64,000 nt of DNA, from positions 2,144,001 through 2,208,000 of the forward strand of contig OY776215.1 in assembly GCA_963675495.1 (NCBI GenBank). Reading direction: 5' to 3'. Below the pieces are notes generated by a model that saw nothing but the letters and a program-made list of their open reading frames with translations, had not been told where the DNA came from and searched no databases. Source of the stretch: an uncultured Methanolobus sp. Its GTDB lineage: Archaea > Halobacteriota > Methanosarcinia > Methanosarcinales > Methanosarcinaceae. A program made the position numbers and the translations under genes. Every line of letters starts with the position of its first letter. The first letter of the stretch is position 1. Of the stretch, positions 19,713 through 29,544 are shown piece by piece.

Positions 19713-20546
19713 TCACTTTTTGAATTGTTCTACAGAATCAACAATTGCAGCAAAGCTCTTGCCCCAGAGCATATCTTCATTGATGTCTGTGTAAACATTT
19801 CCATTGTCCTCTATTTCTGCAATTTTCGGGTCCATAGGGAGTTCACCAAGAACATTCACATTAAAGTCCTTTGCAGCTTTCTCAACTCCGCCCTTGCCGA
19901 ATAGGTCTATCATCTCATCACAGTGAGGGCAAACGATGCCACTCATGTTCTCAACAATACCAATTACGGGTATTTTGAGTATCTCTGCGAACTTGATGGA
20001 TTTCCTCACACTAATAAGTGCCACATCCTGTGGGGTTGTTACAACAACAGCACCTTCCATTTTCTCTATCAACTGCGCAATACTGAGTGGTTCATCACCA
20101 GTGCCAGGTGGCAGGTCTACGATAAGATAGTCAAGTTTTCCCCAAGAAACATCCTCAAGGAACTGTTTGATAGCTGCCATCTTTGCAGGACCTCTCCATA
20201 TCACAGGTGCGTCCTTATCCTCAAGAAGAAGTGCTACTGACATCACAGTAAGGTTTTCTGCAACACTTATGGGCACAATGCCATTCTCATCAACTGTAGG
20301 CTTCTCATTTTCAATACCAAACATCTTTGGAATGCTTGGTCCGTGAATATCTGCATCCAGAAGTCCTACTTTCTGTCCGCGTTCTGCAAGCCTTGCAGCC
20401 AGATTTGCTGCCACTGTGCTTTTGCCGACTCCACCTTTACCGCTCATAACCATTATTTTCTTTTTGATGGCTCTCATGTTCTTAACGAGCTTTGGTTCTT
20501 CTGGCTTCTTTAAAAGGTCTTCTGCACTCTGGATATTTTGTGTCAT
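19713..20546 (-). CDS. mrp: Mrp/NBP35 Fe-S cluster carrier ATPase
   Basis: SGKGGVGKST, DADIHGPS, WRGP, DLPPGTGD, ENMS..CPHC. Confidence 0.92.
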   Translation of the reverse strand: MTQNIQSAEDLLKKPEEPKLVKNMRAIKKKIMVMSGKGGVGKSTVAANLAARLAERGQKVGLLDADIHGPSIPKMFGIENEKPTVDENGIVPISVAENLTVMSVALLLEDKDAPVIWRGPAKMAAIKQFLEDVSWGKLDYLIVDLPPGTGDEPLSIAQLIEKMEGAVVVTTPQDVALISVRKSIKFAEILKIPVIGIVENMSGIVCPHCDEMIDLFGKGGVEKAAKDFNVNVLGELPMDPKIAEIEDNGNVYTDINEDMLWGKSFAAIVDSVEQFKK

Positions 20547-20613
20547 GTTGTTTCGCCTTTAGCAATATTCTTTTTTGAGCAATTTTATTGAACTAACAAA
20601 TGTAGTGCAGCAA

Positions 20614-20919
20614 TTATTCCATATCTTTTGGATCATTGCCGACGATTTCTATGGCTTTGCCTTCAATAAGGGCAGAAGCCACTTTTTTTCTTGCATTCTG
20701 AAGATCCTGCCAGAAAGCACGTCTCGAAATACCCATGCTGATAGCGGCCTCTTCCTGCTGTAATCCTTCTAGGTCTGCCAGTCGCAGAGCTTCAAGTTCC
20801 TCTATTGGGAGGGCTACTGTTTCAAGCTCCTGAAGTGGTATTCCACGTGGTTTAAAATAAAGTGCCTCTGGTGAGCATTCAACTCTTCTGGGTGATTTAG
20901 GTCTTCCTCTGCAAGTCAT
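20614..20919 (-). CDS. DUF134 (UPF0251) HTH DNA-binding protein
   Basis: [37 protein letters not shown]. Confidence 0.88.
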   Translation of the reverse strand: MTCRGRPKSPRRVECSPEALYFKPRGIPLQELETVALPIEELEALRLADLEGLQQEEAAISMGISRRAFWQDLQNARKKVASALIEGKAIEIVGNDPKDME

Positions 20920-21009
20920 TGTTACACACTCATTAAATGATGTAGTATTTATAAGTTTTTGGAAATCTTTATGTATTTATTCTCATGTGTGGCAAAATCC
21001 AAAAAATCC

Positions 21010-21807
21010 TCATACAAAATACGCGAGTATGCTGAGAATTCCAAGAACAATGCAGAATTTTGAAAAATCAAATTTTTTGGCTACTTTAATGAAAACATCG
21101 ATGGTTAGTATCCCAAATAAGAATGCGAAGAACAGTGCCAATAATGAGTTCAGGTCAAAGCTTAGCAGTCCCATTGCACCGATTCCTACATCAGCAGCAA
21201 GAACTGCAGGTATGCTCATTAGAAAACTGAGTCTCAGGGCCTGTGAAGCTTCTATGTCCCGCAGGAGCAGTGTTGATACGGTTATGCCTGATCTGCTTAC
21301 TCCCGGAAGTGCGGCAAATCCCTGAGCAATTCCTGCGATAATAGAATCCACGATAACCGGTTGTTCTCTCTTCTCTGTTCTCTTTGAGGCAGATATCTGC
21401 AACAAGCCTGTGATTATGAGGAGTCCTCCGATAAAAGCGGTTGCAAGTTTGCCGGAGAATTCTTCCATTCCAGTTGCAAAGAGAATAAGCGGCAATCCAA
21501 TTATTCCGGTTATGGCCGTTGCTATCAGTAGGAATGTTATAATACTGTTCTTTTTTTCCTGGACATCCCTGTTTTTAAGATAATGTGGTATTTCGTTCAT
21601 TATCTCTTTGATATCAGTCCTGAAATAGACAGCAGCTGAAAGAAGGGTTCCTGTGTGTAACCATATAGCTATGGGAAGAGCATCTGCAAGTGTTCTGTCA
21701 AATACGTTGATCATAACAAGAGTTGTCATTCCCTCACTGCTTATTGGAAGCCACTCTGCTACTCCCTGAACTATCCCAAGTATGATTGCCTCAAAAATTG
21801 TTAACAT
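21010..21807 (-). CDS. uppP: Undecaprenyl/dolichyl-diphosphate phosphatase (BacA family)
   Basis: QGVAEWLPISSEG, LHTGT, PGVSRSG motifs. Confidence 0.88.
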   Translation of the reverse strand: MLTIFEAIILGIVQGVAEWLPISSEGMTTLVMINVFDRTLADALPIAIWLHTGTLLSAAVYFRTDIKEIMNEIPHYLKNRDVQEKKNSIITFLLIATAITGIIGLPLILFATGMEEFSGKLATAFIGGLLIITGLLQISASKRTEKREQPVIVDSIIAGIAQGFAALPGVSRSGITVSTLLLRDIEASQALRLSFLMSIPAVLAADVGIGAMGLLSFDLNSLLALFFAFLFGILTIDVFIKVAKKFDFSKFCIVLGILSILAYFV

Positions 21808-21962
21808 TCAATGCCACTTTGTCTTTGTTGTATATATAGGGGGTGGTTATTTTGTTTTTTATTTCTCCAATGGGAGTAAATATATAAAACTAACTGGTCA
21901 CCTTTATATATTTGTACTCATATGTGTGTATATTCAGTGATTGGGTGTATAGGAGAATATCA

Positions 21963-22325
21963 ATGAAAATATGTGTGACAGCAAACGATTCTGGTTTGGA
22001 AGCATCAGTTACCCCTCATTTTGGCAGGTGCAAATACTTTGTGATAGTTGATCCTGACTCAATGGAAGCTGAATCTATTGAGAATGGAAATGGTTCTGCT
22101 ACCGGCGGCGCAGGCGTTCAGGCGGCACAGCAGGTGATTAGTAAAGGTATAGACGCATTGATCACCGGTAGTGTTGGTCCTAATGCTTTCTCCCTACTAT
22201 CATCTGAGAATGTTGAAATGAAAATATTCTCTTCTGGCTCAGTTCTTGAAGCTATTAAGTCCTATAGGTCGGATTCGCTGGATAGTATCGAAGCTGCAAA
22301 CTCTCCTGGCAAGCACGGAAGATAA
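21963..22325 (+). CDS. NifB/NifX-family (dinitrogenase FeMo-cofactor-like) cluster-binding protein
   Basis: HFGRCKYF, GGAGVQAA, GPNAF. Confidence 0.85.
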   Translation: MKICVTANDSGLEASVTPHFGRCKYFVIVDPDSMEAESIENGNGSATGGAGVQAAQQVISKGIDALITGSVGPNAFSLLSSENVEMKIFSSGSVLEAIKSYRSDSLDSIEAANSPGKHGR

Positions 22326-22401
22326 GTTCTGATTTGGGTGTTTACCATTTTTTAACAACACCATTACAATATTTAAAGCTAATAATATCAGAGGTATAAA
22401 G

Positions 22402-22785
22402 ATGAAATTATGTATACCCTCAATGGGACAGAATGGAATTGAAGAGACAGTTGGCCAGCACTTTGGAAAGGTGCCTTTTTACACATTGTACGACACAGAA
22501 ACAAAAGAAGCTTCAGTTCTTCCAAACACAAGTGAGCACAACGGTGGCATAGGTCTACCTCCTGAGCTCATGGCAAAGGAAGGCGTAGACATTATGCTTT
22601 GTGGCGGTCTTGGTAAAAAAGCTGTAGATATGTTCGAGCAGGCTGGTATTGCGGTATTCAGTGGTGCCACTGGCACAGTTCAGAATGCTATTGATGCCTG
22701 GGAATCTTCTAAGCTTGCAAAGGCCACACGGGATAATTCATGCAGCGGACATGGTCACGATGATGACCACGTGCACTGCCATTAA
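22402..22785 (+). CDS. NifB/NifX-family protein with His/Cys-rich tail
   Basis: HFGKVPFY, LCGGLG, C-terminal CSGHGHDDDHVHCH. Confidence 0.85.
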   Translation: MKLCIPSMGQNGIEETVGQHFGKVPFYTLYDTETKEASVLPNTSEHNGGIGLPPELMAKEGVDIMLCGGLGKKAVDMFEQAGIAVFSGATGTVQNAIDAWESSKLAKATRDNSCSGHGHDDDHVHCH

Positions 22786-22807
22786 TTTTTTATTTGGTGT
22801 ATAATAC

Positions 22808-23668
22808 ATGAAAATAGCTATCGCAAGTGGCAAGGGCGGGACTGGAAAGACGACAGTGGCTGTTAATCTAGCGCTTTCTCTTGGGAATGTACAACTGCTG
22901 GATTGTGATGTGGAAGAACCCAATTGCAATCTCTTTCTTGGATTTGACCTTGAAAAGCAGGAAGATGTTACTACAAAAGTTCCTGAGATTGATTCGAGAA
23001 AGTGTTCCCTTTGCGGCAAATGCGCAGAGTTCTGCCAGTACAATGCGATAGCTAAGTTACCTGATAGTGTCATGTTCTTTCCGAAATTATGCCATGGATG
23101 TGGTGGCTGTGCTCTTGTTTGTCCTGAAAAAGCCATTACGGAGAAAAAACGTTCAATAGGTGTTATTGAAAAAGGTACGAACGAGCAGTTTGATATTGAA
23201 CTTTTGCAAGGTACTCTTAATATTGGTGAAGCCATGGCCTCACCTGTCATCAGGCAGTTGCAAACACACATGGATGAAAGCACGGTTGCAGTTATCGACT
23301 CTCCTCCGGGGACAGCCTGTCCTGTCATAGCATCCGTTTCGGACATGGATTATTGTGTGCTTGTAACAGAGCCAACTCCTTTTGGTCTTAATGATCTTGT
23401 CCTTGCAGTGGATGTTATAAGGCAACTGAGCATTCCTTTCGGGGTCATTATAAACAGACATGGCCTGGGGGATAGCAGGGTCGAGGAATATTGCCGTGTT
23501 GAAAGTATACCGATTCTGATGAAGATCCCATACATTCGGGAAATAGCCGTTCTTTACTCAAAAGGTATCCCTTTTGTGGAACACATGCCAGCATGGCGAG
23601 CGAACTTCCGGGAAATGTACCGGGATATATGTGAGTTTATTCCATGTAGGGAGTTGCATCAATGCTAA
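22808..23668 (+). CDS. MinD-superfamily P-loop ATPase with inserted 2x[4Fe-4S] ferredoxin domain
   Basis: SGKGGTGKTT, DCDVEEPN, CSLCGKCAEFC, CHGCGGCALVCP, DSPPGTACP. Confidence 0.9.
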   Translation: MKIAIASGKGGTGKTTVAVNLALSLGNVQLLDCDVEEPNCNLFLGFDLEKQEDVTTKVPEIDSRKCSLCGKCAEFCQYNAIAKLPDSVMFFPKLCHGCGGCALVCPEKAITEKKRSIGVIEKGTNEQFDIELLQGTLNIGEAMASPVIRQLQTHMDESTVAVIDSPPGTACPVIASVSDMDYCVLVTEPTPFGLNDLVLAVDVIRQLSIPFGVIINRHGLGDSRVEEYCRVESIPILMKIPYIREIAVLYSKGIPFVEHMPAWRANFREMYRDICEFIPCRELHQC

Positions 23669-24528
23669 AACAGCTCACGGTTATCAGTGGTAAAGGTGGT
23701 ACAGGTAAGACCACTATCACATCTTCTTTCGCCGCGCTCGCTGAAAATGCGATAATTGCAGATTGTGACGTTGATGCTGCGGACATGCACCTGATCTTAC
23801 AGCCTGAAACATTTGAAATGACTGATTTCTATGGGCTGAAAGTTGCACACATCAACAAAGAATTATGCACTGATTGTGGCGTCTGCGCCAGTTCATGCAG
23901 GTTCGGTGCCATTGATAAGTTTAATGTTGTTGACACGTGCAAATGTGAAGGTTGTGCGGTCTGTGAATTTGTTTGTCCTGAAAATGCCATAAGCATGGTT
24001 GAGAAAAAAGCAGGTGAATATTACTGTTCTAACACACGATTTGGTCCATTGGTTCATGCAAAGCTTGGGGCCGGAGAGGAGGCCAGTGGCAAGTTAGTCT
24101 CAGATGTGAGGCAAAGAGCCTCAGAACTTGCATTGGAACGTGGTATGAATACGGTCATCATCGATGGTCCACCGGGAACAGGATGCTCTGTGATTGCTGC
24201 AATAACAGGTGCAGATCTTGTTCTTATTGTAACTGAGCCAACGATCTCGGGGATACATGATCTTGAAAGGGTTGTCCAGGTAGCACAACACTTCAGGATT
24301 CCTGTTCTGGTCTGTATCAATAAATGCGATATCAATATGGAGCTATCACAGGCAATCTCTGTTTATTGTAAGGACAACGAAATAACTGTTGCAGGAATGC
24401 TCCCCTATGACAAAAGTCCTGTTGACGCAATGATTGATGGGAAATCTGTTGTAGAGTATATTGATAATGATTTTTCCTCTAATATTCGGTCTTTGTGGAC
24501 AGAAGTCAATTCAAGGCTGTCAAAGTGA
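23662..24528 (+). CDS. MinD-superfamily P-loop ATPase with inserted ferredoxin domain (paralog)
   Basis: SGKGGTGKTT, DCDVDAAD, CTDCGVCASSC, CEGCAVCEFVCP, DGPPGTGC. Confidence 0.9.
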   Translation: MLKQLTVISGKGGTGKTTITSSFAALAENAIIADCDVDAADMHLILQPETFEMTDFYGLKVAHINKELCTDCGVCASSCRFGAIDKFNVVDTCKCEGCAVCEFVCPENAISMVEKKAGEYYCSNTRFGPLVHAKLGAGEEASGKLVSDVRQRASELALERGMNTVIIDGPPGTGCSVIAAITGADLVLIVTEPTISGIHDLERVVQVAQHFRIPVLVCINKCDINMELSQAISVYCKDNEITVAGMLPYDKSPVDAMIDGKSVVEYIDNDFSSNIRSLWTEVNSRLSK

Positions 24529-24681
24529 ATATCAAATTCAAAAAAAGATCAGTAGCAGAAAATCCTTTCAATTTTAATTTTAGAACTTGAATGGCAGTTT
24601 ATACTTATTATAATAAAAAATCATTAGGAATAATGAATACGTTTTTATTAGATAGCACCAGATTTCTATTTGGGTGTTATT

Positions 24682-24867
24682 ATGGTTCACGCTACAAACG
24701 GTAATGTGGGCACATTTGCTCATATACTACAGTCCTTGCCGGATTACTCGGAGTTGCTCATAGCACTTTTGATATTGATCCTGCTGTTGGTCTCAGTGGA
24801 TGAAATTGTAGACTGCATTTATATGGTGAGGGAGTTTTTCACTTTCAGAGGGATGCCTTTCAGTTAA
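24682..24867 (+). CDS. Small single-TM hypothetical protein
   Basis: GGTG RBS-like element before the ATG and a hydrophobic run LLIALLILILLLVSV. Confidence 0.45.
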   Translation: MVHATNGNVGTFAHILQSLPDYSELLIALLILILLLVSVDEIVDCIYMVREFFTFRGMPFS

Positions 24868-26279
24868 TTCTGCTTATTTTTGAAGGGTGCCCAAGGAAGG
24901 ACGCACATGGGGCATTCGGGTCCATATCCTGCAGCCGCATATCCTGTCATGCCACCTGCAACATTTTGTACTTCAGTGAATCCTTTTTGCAGGAGAATAC
25001 TGCATCCCATGCTCGATCTTTGACCTGAGCCACATATAATTATGGTTTCGGTATCATCATCAATCTCAGTATGCCGCTCCCTTAATTCGTGTACGGGTAT
25101 ATTTACAGCTCCCTGGATGTGGAATTCTTTATATTCAGAGGCCGCTCTAACATCCAGCAGGGTCATTTTTTTTCCGTTATTTATTCGGCTGTTCAGCTCA
25201 GAAGAGGATATCTGTGGAACGTGTTTTGTAGGTAGGCCATCTGTTACCCATCCGTACATGCCATCCTCAAGGTAGCCTGTTATCCTGTCCTGCCCTACTC
25301 TATGCAGTTGAGTGCATGCATCAATTGCCCTTGAATAATTATCTGAGACTATCAATATGTCTTTTTCAGGGGGCAGTAACCATCCTGCGTAAGTGGGAAA
25401 ATTTGAATTGCTGTCTATATTATAGGCCCGTGGTATGTGTTGTCCGCCAAAGGACTCAAAACTACGTACATCAAGAATGACTGCATCTTTCATTTTTTCC
25501 CAAAATTGTTTATTGTCCAATGCTTCGGGGATAGGAAGCTCTTTCATTTTTTCGGGTCCTGCCCGATTTACCTTGGTGCATCGGCTGAAATGGTCTGGTG
25601 CGTCAGGCATGTTGTTTGTAAGAGAATCAACAAAGTCTGCTCTTTCATTGATACTTAGTGCATAGTTGTATTTTTTTTCATAGCCAAGGGTACTACTTCT
25701 CTTGGCTGCCATTGCTCTTCCGCAGAGTGATCCTGCGCCATGTGCCGGGTATATCTCGCAGAAATCGGGCAATTTAAGAAGTTTCTCATGCAAAGTATCA
25801 TACAATTTTGATGCAAGTTCCTCTGCTCTTCCTGGGAAGAGGTCCGGTCTACCTACATCTCCCACAAACATGGTGTCTCCGCAGAATAATGCTATTGGCT
25901 CTTCACCTCTTGAAGTGTCAGTGACTACGTACGATATGTGCTCGGGTGTGTGCCCCGGTGTCTCCAGAATATCCAGCTTAATATTCTCTATGGAAAAAGA
26001 GTCTCCTTCTGAGAGTGTAATTGATTCAAAATCACAACTTGCTGACCTTGGTGTATATATTGTAGCTCCTGTTCTATGTGCAAGGTCTATATGGCCTGAA
26101 ATAAAATCGGCATGTAAATGGGTCTCAAGGATGTGTGTTATCTTGACTCCGAGCTCTCTAGTTAAATCCAGATATATTTCGATGTCTCTTCTTGGATCAA
26201 TGACTGCACAGGTTTTATCTCCTGCCAGTATGTAGGAACTGTGGGCTATTTTTTCAGTGAATATTTGTTGTATTAGCAT
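24864..26279 (-). CDS. MBL-fold hydrolase fused to two rhodanese domains (CstB/Blh-like persulfide-handling protein)
   Basis: THLHADF, TPGHTPEH, GDTMFVGDVGRPD, PAHGAGSLCG; C-terminal rhodanese CGSGQRS. Confidence 0.88.
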   Translation of the reverse strand: MLIQQIFTEKIAHSSYILAGDKTCAVIDPRRDIEIYLDLTRELGVKITHILETHLHADFISGHIDLAHRTGATIYTPRSASCDFESITLSEGDSFSIENIKLDILETPGHTPEHISYVVTDTSRGEEPIALFCGDTMFVGDVGRPDLFPGRAEELASKLYDTLHEKLLKLPDFCEIYPAHGAGSLCGRAMAAKRSSTLGYEKKYNYALSINERADFVDSLTNNMPDAPDHFSRCTKVNRAGPEKMKELPIPEALDNKQFWEKMKDAVILDVRSFESFGGQHIPRAYNIDSNSNFPTYAGWLLPPEKDILIVSDNYSRAIDACTQLHRVGQDRITGYLEDGMYGWVTDGLPTKHVPQISSSELNSRINNGKKMTLLDVRAASEYKEFHIQGAVNIPVHELRERHTEIDDDTETIIICGSGQRSSMGCSILLQKGFTEVQNVAGGMTGYAAAGYGPECPMCVLPWAPFKNKQN

Positions 26280-26388
26280 TTTTAACCCCTGATTAAATCT
26301 TGATTATATGTACAAATATATTTCTGGTTATTCTTTTATTTTGTCTGTAACTGTTGGATGTAACTTGCTCGGAAGATCAGTTCAATAG

Positions 26389-26435
26389 TTGGGTACACTC
26401 CAAAAATAATGAATAATTTTGACTTATATTCAAAA
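26389..26435. promoter_or_regulatory. Two TTGR-N7-YCAA palindromes upstream of the DtxR-family gene
   Basis: TTGG-gtacact-CCAA at 26389-26403 and TTTTGA-cttatat-TCAAAA at 26417-26435. Confidence 0.5.
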
Positions 26436-26468
26436 GGTATATATACTGTTTCTTTATTATGGAATATC

Positions 26469-26894
26469 ATGCAGGAAATGACCGGTCTGGAGCTATCTCC
26501 TAAAAAGGTTGAGTATATGAAGCTCCTTTTGAAAAAAGGTGATCTTGTAAAGACCACTGATATCTCTTCAGAGCTGAATGTGGATCCATCGACATCTACA
26601 AAGACTATAAATGATCTTTCCGAATCTGGTTATGTGGATCATATTCCTTATCGTGGGGTGCGCCTGACTGAAAAAGGCAGGTTGTGTGCTGAGTTCTTCG
26701 TTAACCGGCATAACATATTAAGCCTGATGTTGACTCATTACGGTCTTTCTTCGGAGGAATCCTGTGCTGAAGTCTCCCGGTTTGAAGCATTAGTCTCAAA
26801 ATCTGCAATTGATAAGGTGTGTGGTGCTATGGGTCATCCTACTGTTGGTGTTTGTGGTATGATTAATCATCATTCCTGTGGTTCGCATCATTAA
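26469..26894 (+). CDS. DtxR/MntR-family metal-dependent repressor (probably zinc-responsive)
   Basis: EYMK, wHTH, PYRGVRLTEKG, RH, GHPTVGVCG; lies upstream of znuABC. Confidence 0.88.
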   Translation: MQEMTGLELSPKKVEYMKLLLKKGDLVKTTDISSELNVDPSTSTKTINDLSESGYVDHIPYRGVRLTEKGRLCAEFFVNRHNILSLMLTHYGLSSEESCAEVSRFEALVSKSAIDKVCGAMGHPTVGVCGMINHHSCGSHH

Positions 26895-26911
26895 ATATTT
26901 AAAGGTTTGAA

Positions 26912-26930
26912 ATTTGGGGCAATACCAAAT
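26912..26930. promoter_or_regulatory. Candidate metalloregulator operator upstream of znuA
   Basis: ATTTGG-ggcaata-CCAAAT perfect arms, just downstream of TATA-like TATTTAAA. Confidence 0.55.
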
Positions 26931-26962
26931 AGTTTTGATACAACGCAAAAATGGTGGAATAA

Positions 26963-27967
26963 ATGAAAAGTAAAATAATGGTTTTGATAATACTTCTTTC
27001 GGCTTGTCTTGTTCTGACATCCGGTTGCACAGATACTGGTGCTGATTCCGTTGCAGCACCTGATTCCGACAAAATAATTGTGGTAGTAAGCATAGTTCCG
27101 CAGGCTGAGTTTGTTGAAAAGATAGCAGGTGATAATGCTGAGGTTGTTGTCATGGTTCCTCCGGGAGGAAGTCCACATTCTTATGAACCAACTCCCAGTC
27201 AGCTTACTGATTTGAGTAATGCCGGGATGTATGCAATGGTTGGTTCCGGAATAACTATTGAAGATGTTTTGATGGAAAAAATAACTGATCTGAATCCTGA
27301 TATGCTGCTTGTAGACTGTTCAGAAGGAATTTCTTTAAAGGAAATGGAAGCTCATGATCATGGAGATGAAGCTGAACATGAAGAAGATCATGAAGCTGAA
27401 CATGAAGAAGATCATGAAGAAGATCATGAAGCTGAACATGAAGAAGAACATGAAGCTGAGCATGAAGAAGAACATGCAACAAGTATGGATCCTCATATAT
27501 GGACTTCTCCTGATAACGTAAAAGTAATGGTTGAACATATCTATGAAGGTCTTGTGGAGATCGATCCTGAAAATAAGGCAACTTATTTTGAGAACAAGAA
27601 TGCGTATCTTGAGGAACTGGATGTACTTGACGAGCAAATAAAGGCAACCCTTTCAGGCAAAGAAGGTAGCAGTTTCATGGTCTACCATCCTGCGTGGGGA
27701 TATTTTGCCAATCATTATGATTTGATTCAGGTTCCTGTTGAGATAGAAGGCAAAGAACCAAGTGTCAAGGACATGCAGAACATTATAGATGAAGCAAATG
27801 AGAAAAATATAAAGGTAATTTTCGTTCAATCCGGCTTTAGTACTGTAAGCGCATCTGCGATTGCAAATGAGATAGGCGGTGAGGTTGTGGAAGTGGATCC
27901 GCTTGCAAAGGATTATATAGATAACCTCGTAAAGGTAGCAGAAGCATTTGAAAAAGGACTGGCTTGA
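26963..27967 (+). CDS. znuA: Zinc ABC transporter substrate-binding lipoprotein with His/Glu-rich loop
   Basis: Lipobox TSGC, PHSYEPTP, DPHIWTSP, YHPAWGYF. Confidence 0.92.
   Translation: MKSKIMVLIILLSACLVLTSGCTDTGADSVAAPDSDKIIVVVSIVPQAEFVEKIAGDNAEVVVMVPPGGSPHSYEPTPSQLTDLSNAGMYAMVGSGITIEDVLMEKITDLNPDMLLVDCSEGISLKEMEAHDHGDEAEHEEDHEAEHEEDHEEDHEAEHEEEHEAEHEEEHATSMDPHIWTSPDNVKVMVEHIYEGLVEIDPENKATYFENKNAYLEELDVLDEQIKATLSGKEGSSFMVYHPAWGYFANHYDLIQVPVEIEGKEPSVKDMQNIIDEANEKNIKVIFVQSGFSTVSASAIANEIGGEVVEVDPLAKDYIDNLVKVAEAFEKGLA
27365..27475 (+). repeat. 12-bp in-frame tandem repeat (CATGAAGMWGAN) encoding (HEED/HEAE/HEEE)n
   Basis: Eight full units from 27377 plus degenerate flanks. Confidence 0.95.
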
Positions 27968-27968
27968 A

Positions 27969-28718
27969 ATGGAAGATGTGATCGAACTTAAGGATATATG
28001 GGTAAGCTATGATGGTGTTCGTGTTTTGGAGTCTGTCTCTCTCACTGTTAAAGACAAGGATTTTCTAGCCATCCTGGGCCCTAATGGAGGAGGCAAAAGT
28101 ACTCTTTTGAGGGTAATTCTTGGTTTGATCAAACCTGATAAGGGCACAGTCAAGCTTCTGGGCGGGAATCCTAAGGATATGAGGAAGTATGTGGGGTATG
28201 TTCCACAGTACCATTCATCAAACCTTGATTTTCCGATCACTGTGTTTGATGTTGTACTTATGGGGTGTCTGGGCCACAAAGGCCCTCTTCAGAGGTATAA
28301 TGAGGATGACCGCAATGCAGCAATTAAAGCCCTTGAGACGGTTGGGATGCTTGAATTCAAGAATCGCCAGATAGGTGAGCTTTCAGGTGGTCAGAAACAA
28401 AGGGTTTTCATTGCCCGGTCACTCGTTACAAAACCCAAATTGTTAATACTGGATGAACCGTCCACAGGTATAGATTCCAAGATGCAAAAAGAGTTCTATG
28501 AGCTTCTCAACAGGCTCAAATCCGAGATTGCGATCATAATGGTCACTCATGACATCAGTGCTGTTTCAGTGTATGTCGATAAGATTGGTTGCCTGAATCG
28601 GAAGTTCCACTACCATGACTCCAAGGAAATAAGTCCGCATGATCTGGAAGTATCGTACCAGTGTCCGATCGAGCTAATCGCTCACGGTGTGCCGCACAGG
28701 GTATTAAAAGAGCATTGA
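27969..28718 (+). CDS. znuC: Zinc ABC transporter ATP-binding protein
   Basis: GPNGGGKST, GYVPQ, LSGGQKQR, LILDEP. Confidence 0.92.
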   Translation: MEDVIELKDIWVSYDGVRVLESVSLTVKDKDFLAILGPNGGGKSTLLRVILGLIKPDKGTVKLLGGNPKDMRKYVGYVPQYHSSNLDFPITVFDVVLMGCLGHKGPLQRYNEDDRNAAIKALETVGMLEFKNRQIGELSGGQKQRVFIARSLVTKPKLLILDEPSTGIDSKMQKEFYELLNRLKSEIAIIMVTHDISAVSVYVDKIGCLNRKFHYHDSKEISPHDLEVSYQCPIELIAHGVPHRVLKEH

Positions 28719-28728
28719 GGTGAACAGT

Positions 28729-29544
28729 ATGCTTGAAATACTCCAGTATGATTTCATGAGGAATGCTATTTTTGCCGCAATTCTGGCGAGTATCGCATGT
28801 GGTATAATTGGCGTCTATGTAGTTGTCAAAAAGATAGTTTTCATAAGTGGTGGTATCACCCACGCATCCTTTGGTGGTATCGGTCTAGGGTACTACCTTG
28901 GAATCAATCCGCTATACGGCCTTATTCCTTTCAGTCTGTTTTCAGCACTTGTTATGGGTCTTGTGAGTAAACGCTCAAAAGTGGCTGAAGACACTGCTAT
29001 AGGCATACTCTGGTCACTGGGAATGGCCATAGGTATTATTCTGATATACTGGACTCCCGGCTATGCGCCTGATCTTATGACCTATCTTTTTGGTAATATC
29101 CTGACGGTGCCAATGTCTGATATTTATCTTATGCTGGGTCTGGATTTTGTTATTATCTTTGTTGTATACGCTTTCTATAAACAATTCATGGCACTTTGTT
29201 TTGATGAAGAGTTTACAACGGTCGCAGGCTTGTCCGTAGAGAAACTTTACTTACTCCTGCTTTGCCTGATAGCACTAACAATAGTACTGTTGATCAAGGT
29301 AGTAGGTATTATTCTTATTATTGCACTTCTTACTATGCCAGCATCCCTGAGCAGACATTACACTAATGATCTTGGGAAGATGATGTACCTTGCAATATTC
29401 TTTGGTATAACTTTCAGCATCGTAGGATTGTCACTATCCTATTTGTTCGATGCTCCTTCAGGTGCGACAATCATCCTGGTGATGTCTTCCGTCTATATAC
29501 TGCACTTCCTGTATGACGGATTAAAACCAAAAATAGCAGCTTAA
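28729..29544 (+). CDS. znuB: Zinc ABC transporter permease
   Basis: THASFGG, YLFGNIL, FDEEF, PSGATII; RBS GAGGTG. Confidence 0.92.
   Translation: MLEILQYDFMRNAIFAAILASIACGIIGVYVVVKKIVFISGGITHASFGGIGLGYYLGINPLYGLIPFSLFSALVMGLVSKRSKVAEDTAIGILWSLGMAIGIILIYWTPGYAPDLMTYLFGNILTVPMSDIYLMLGLDFVIIFVVYAFYKQFMALCFDEEFTTVAGLSVEKLYLLLLCLIALTIVLLIKVVGIILIIALLTMPASLSRHYTNDLGKMMYLAIFFGITFSIVGLSLSYLFDAPSGATIILVMSSVYILHFLYDGLKPKIAA

Noticed and set aside
21963-22785. Nitrogen-fixation cluster suggested by NifX-like genes
   Set aside because: No nifHDK/nifEN; this domain family is common outside nif loci.
27365-27475. Short regular repeats resembling a CRISPR array
   Set aside because: 12-bp in-frame units with no unique spacers, inside znuA; no cas genes in the window.
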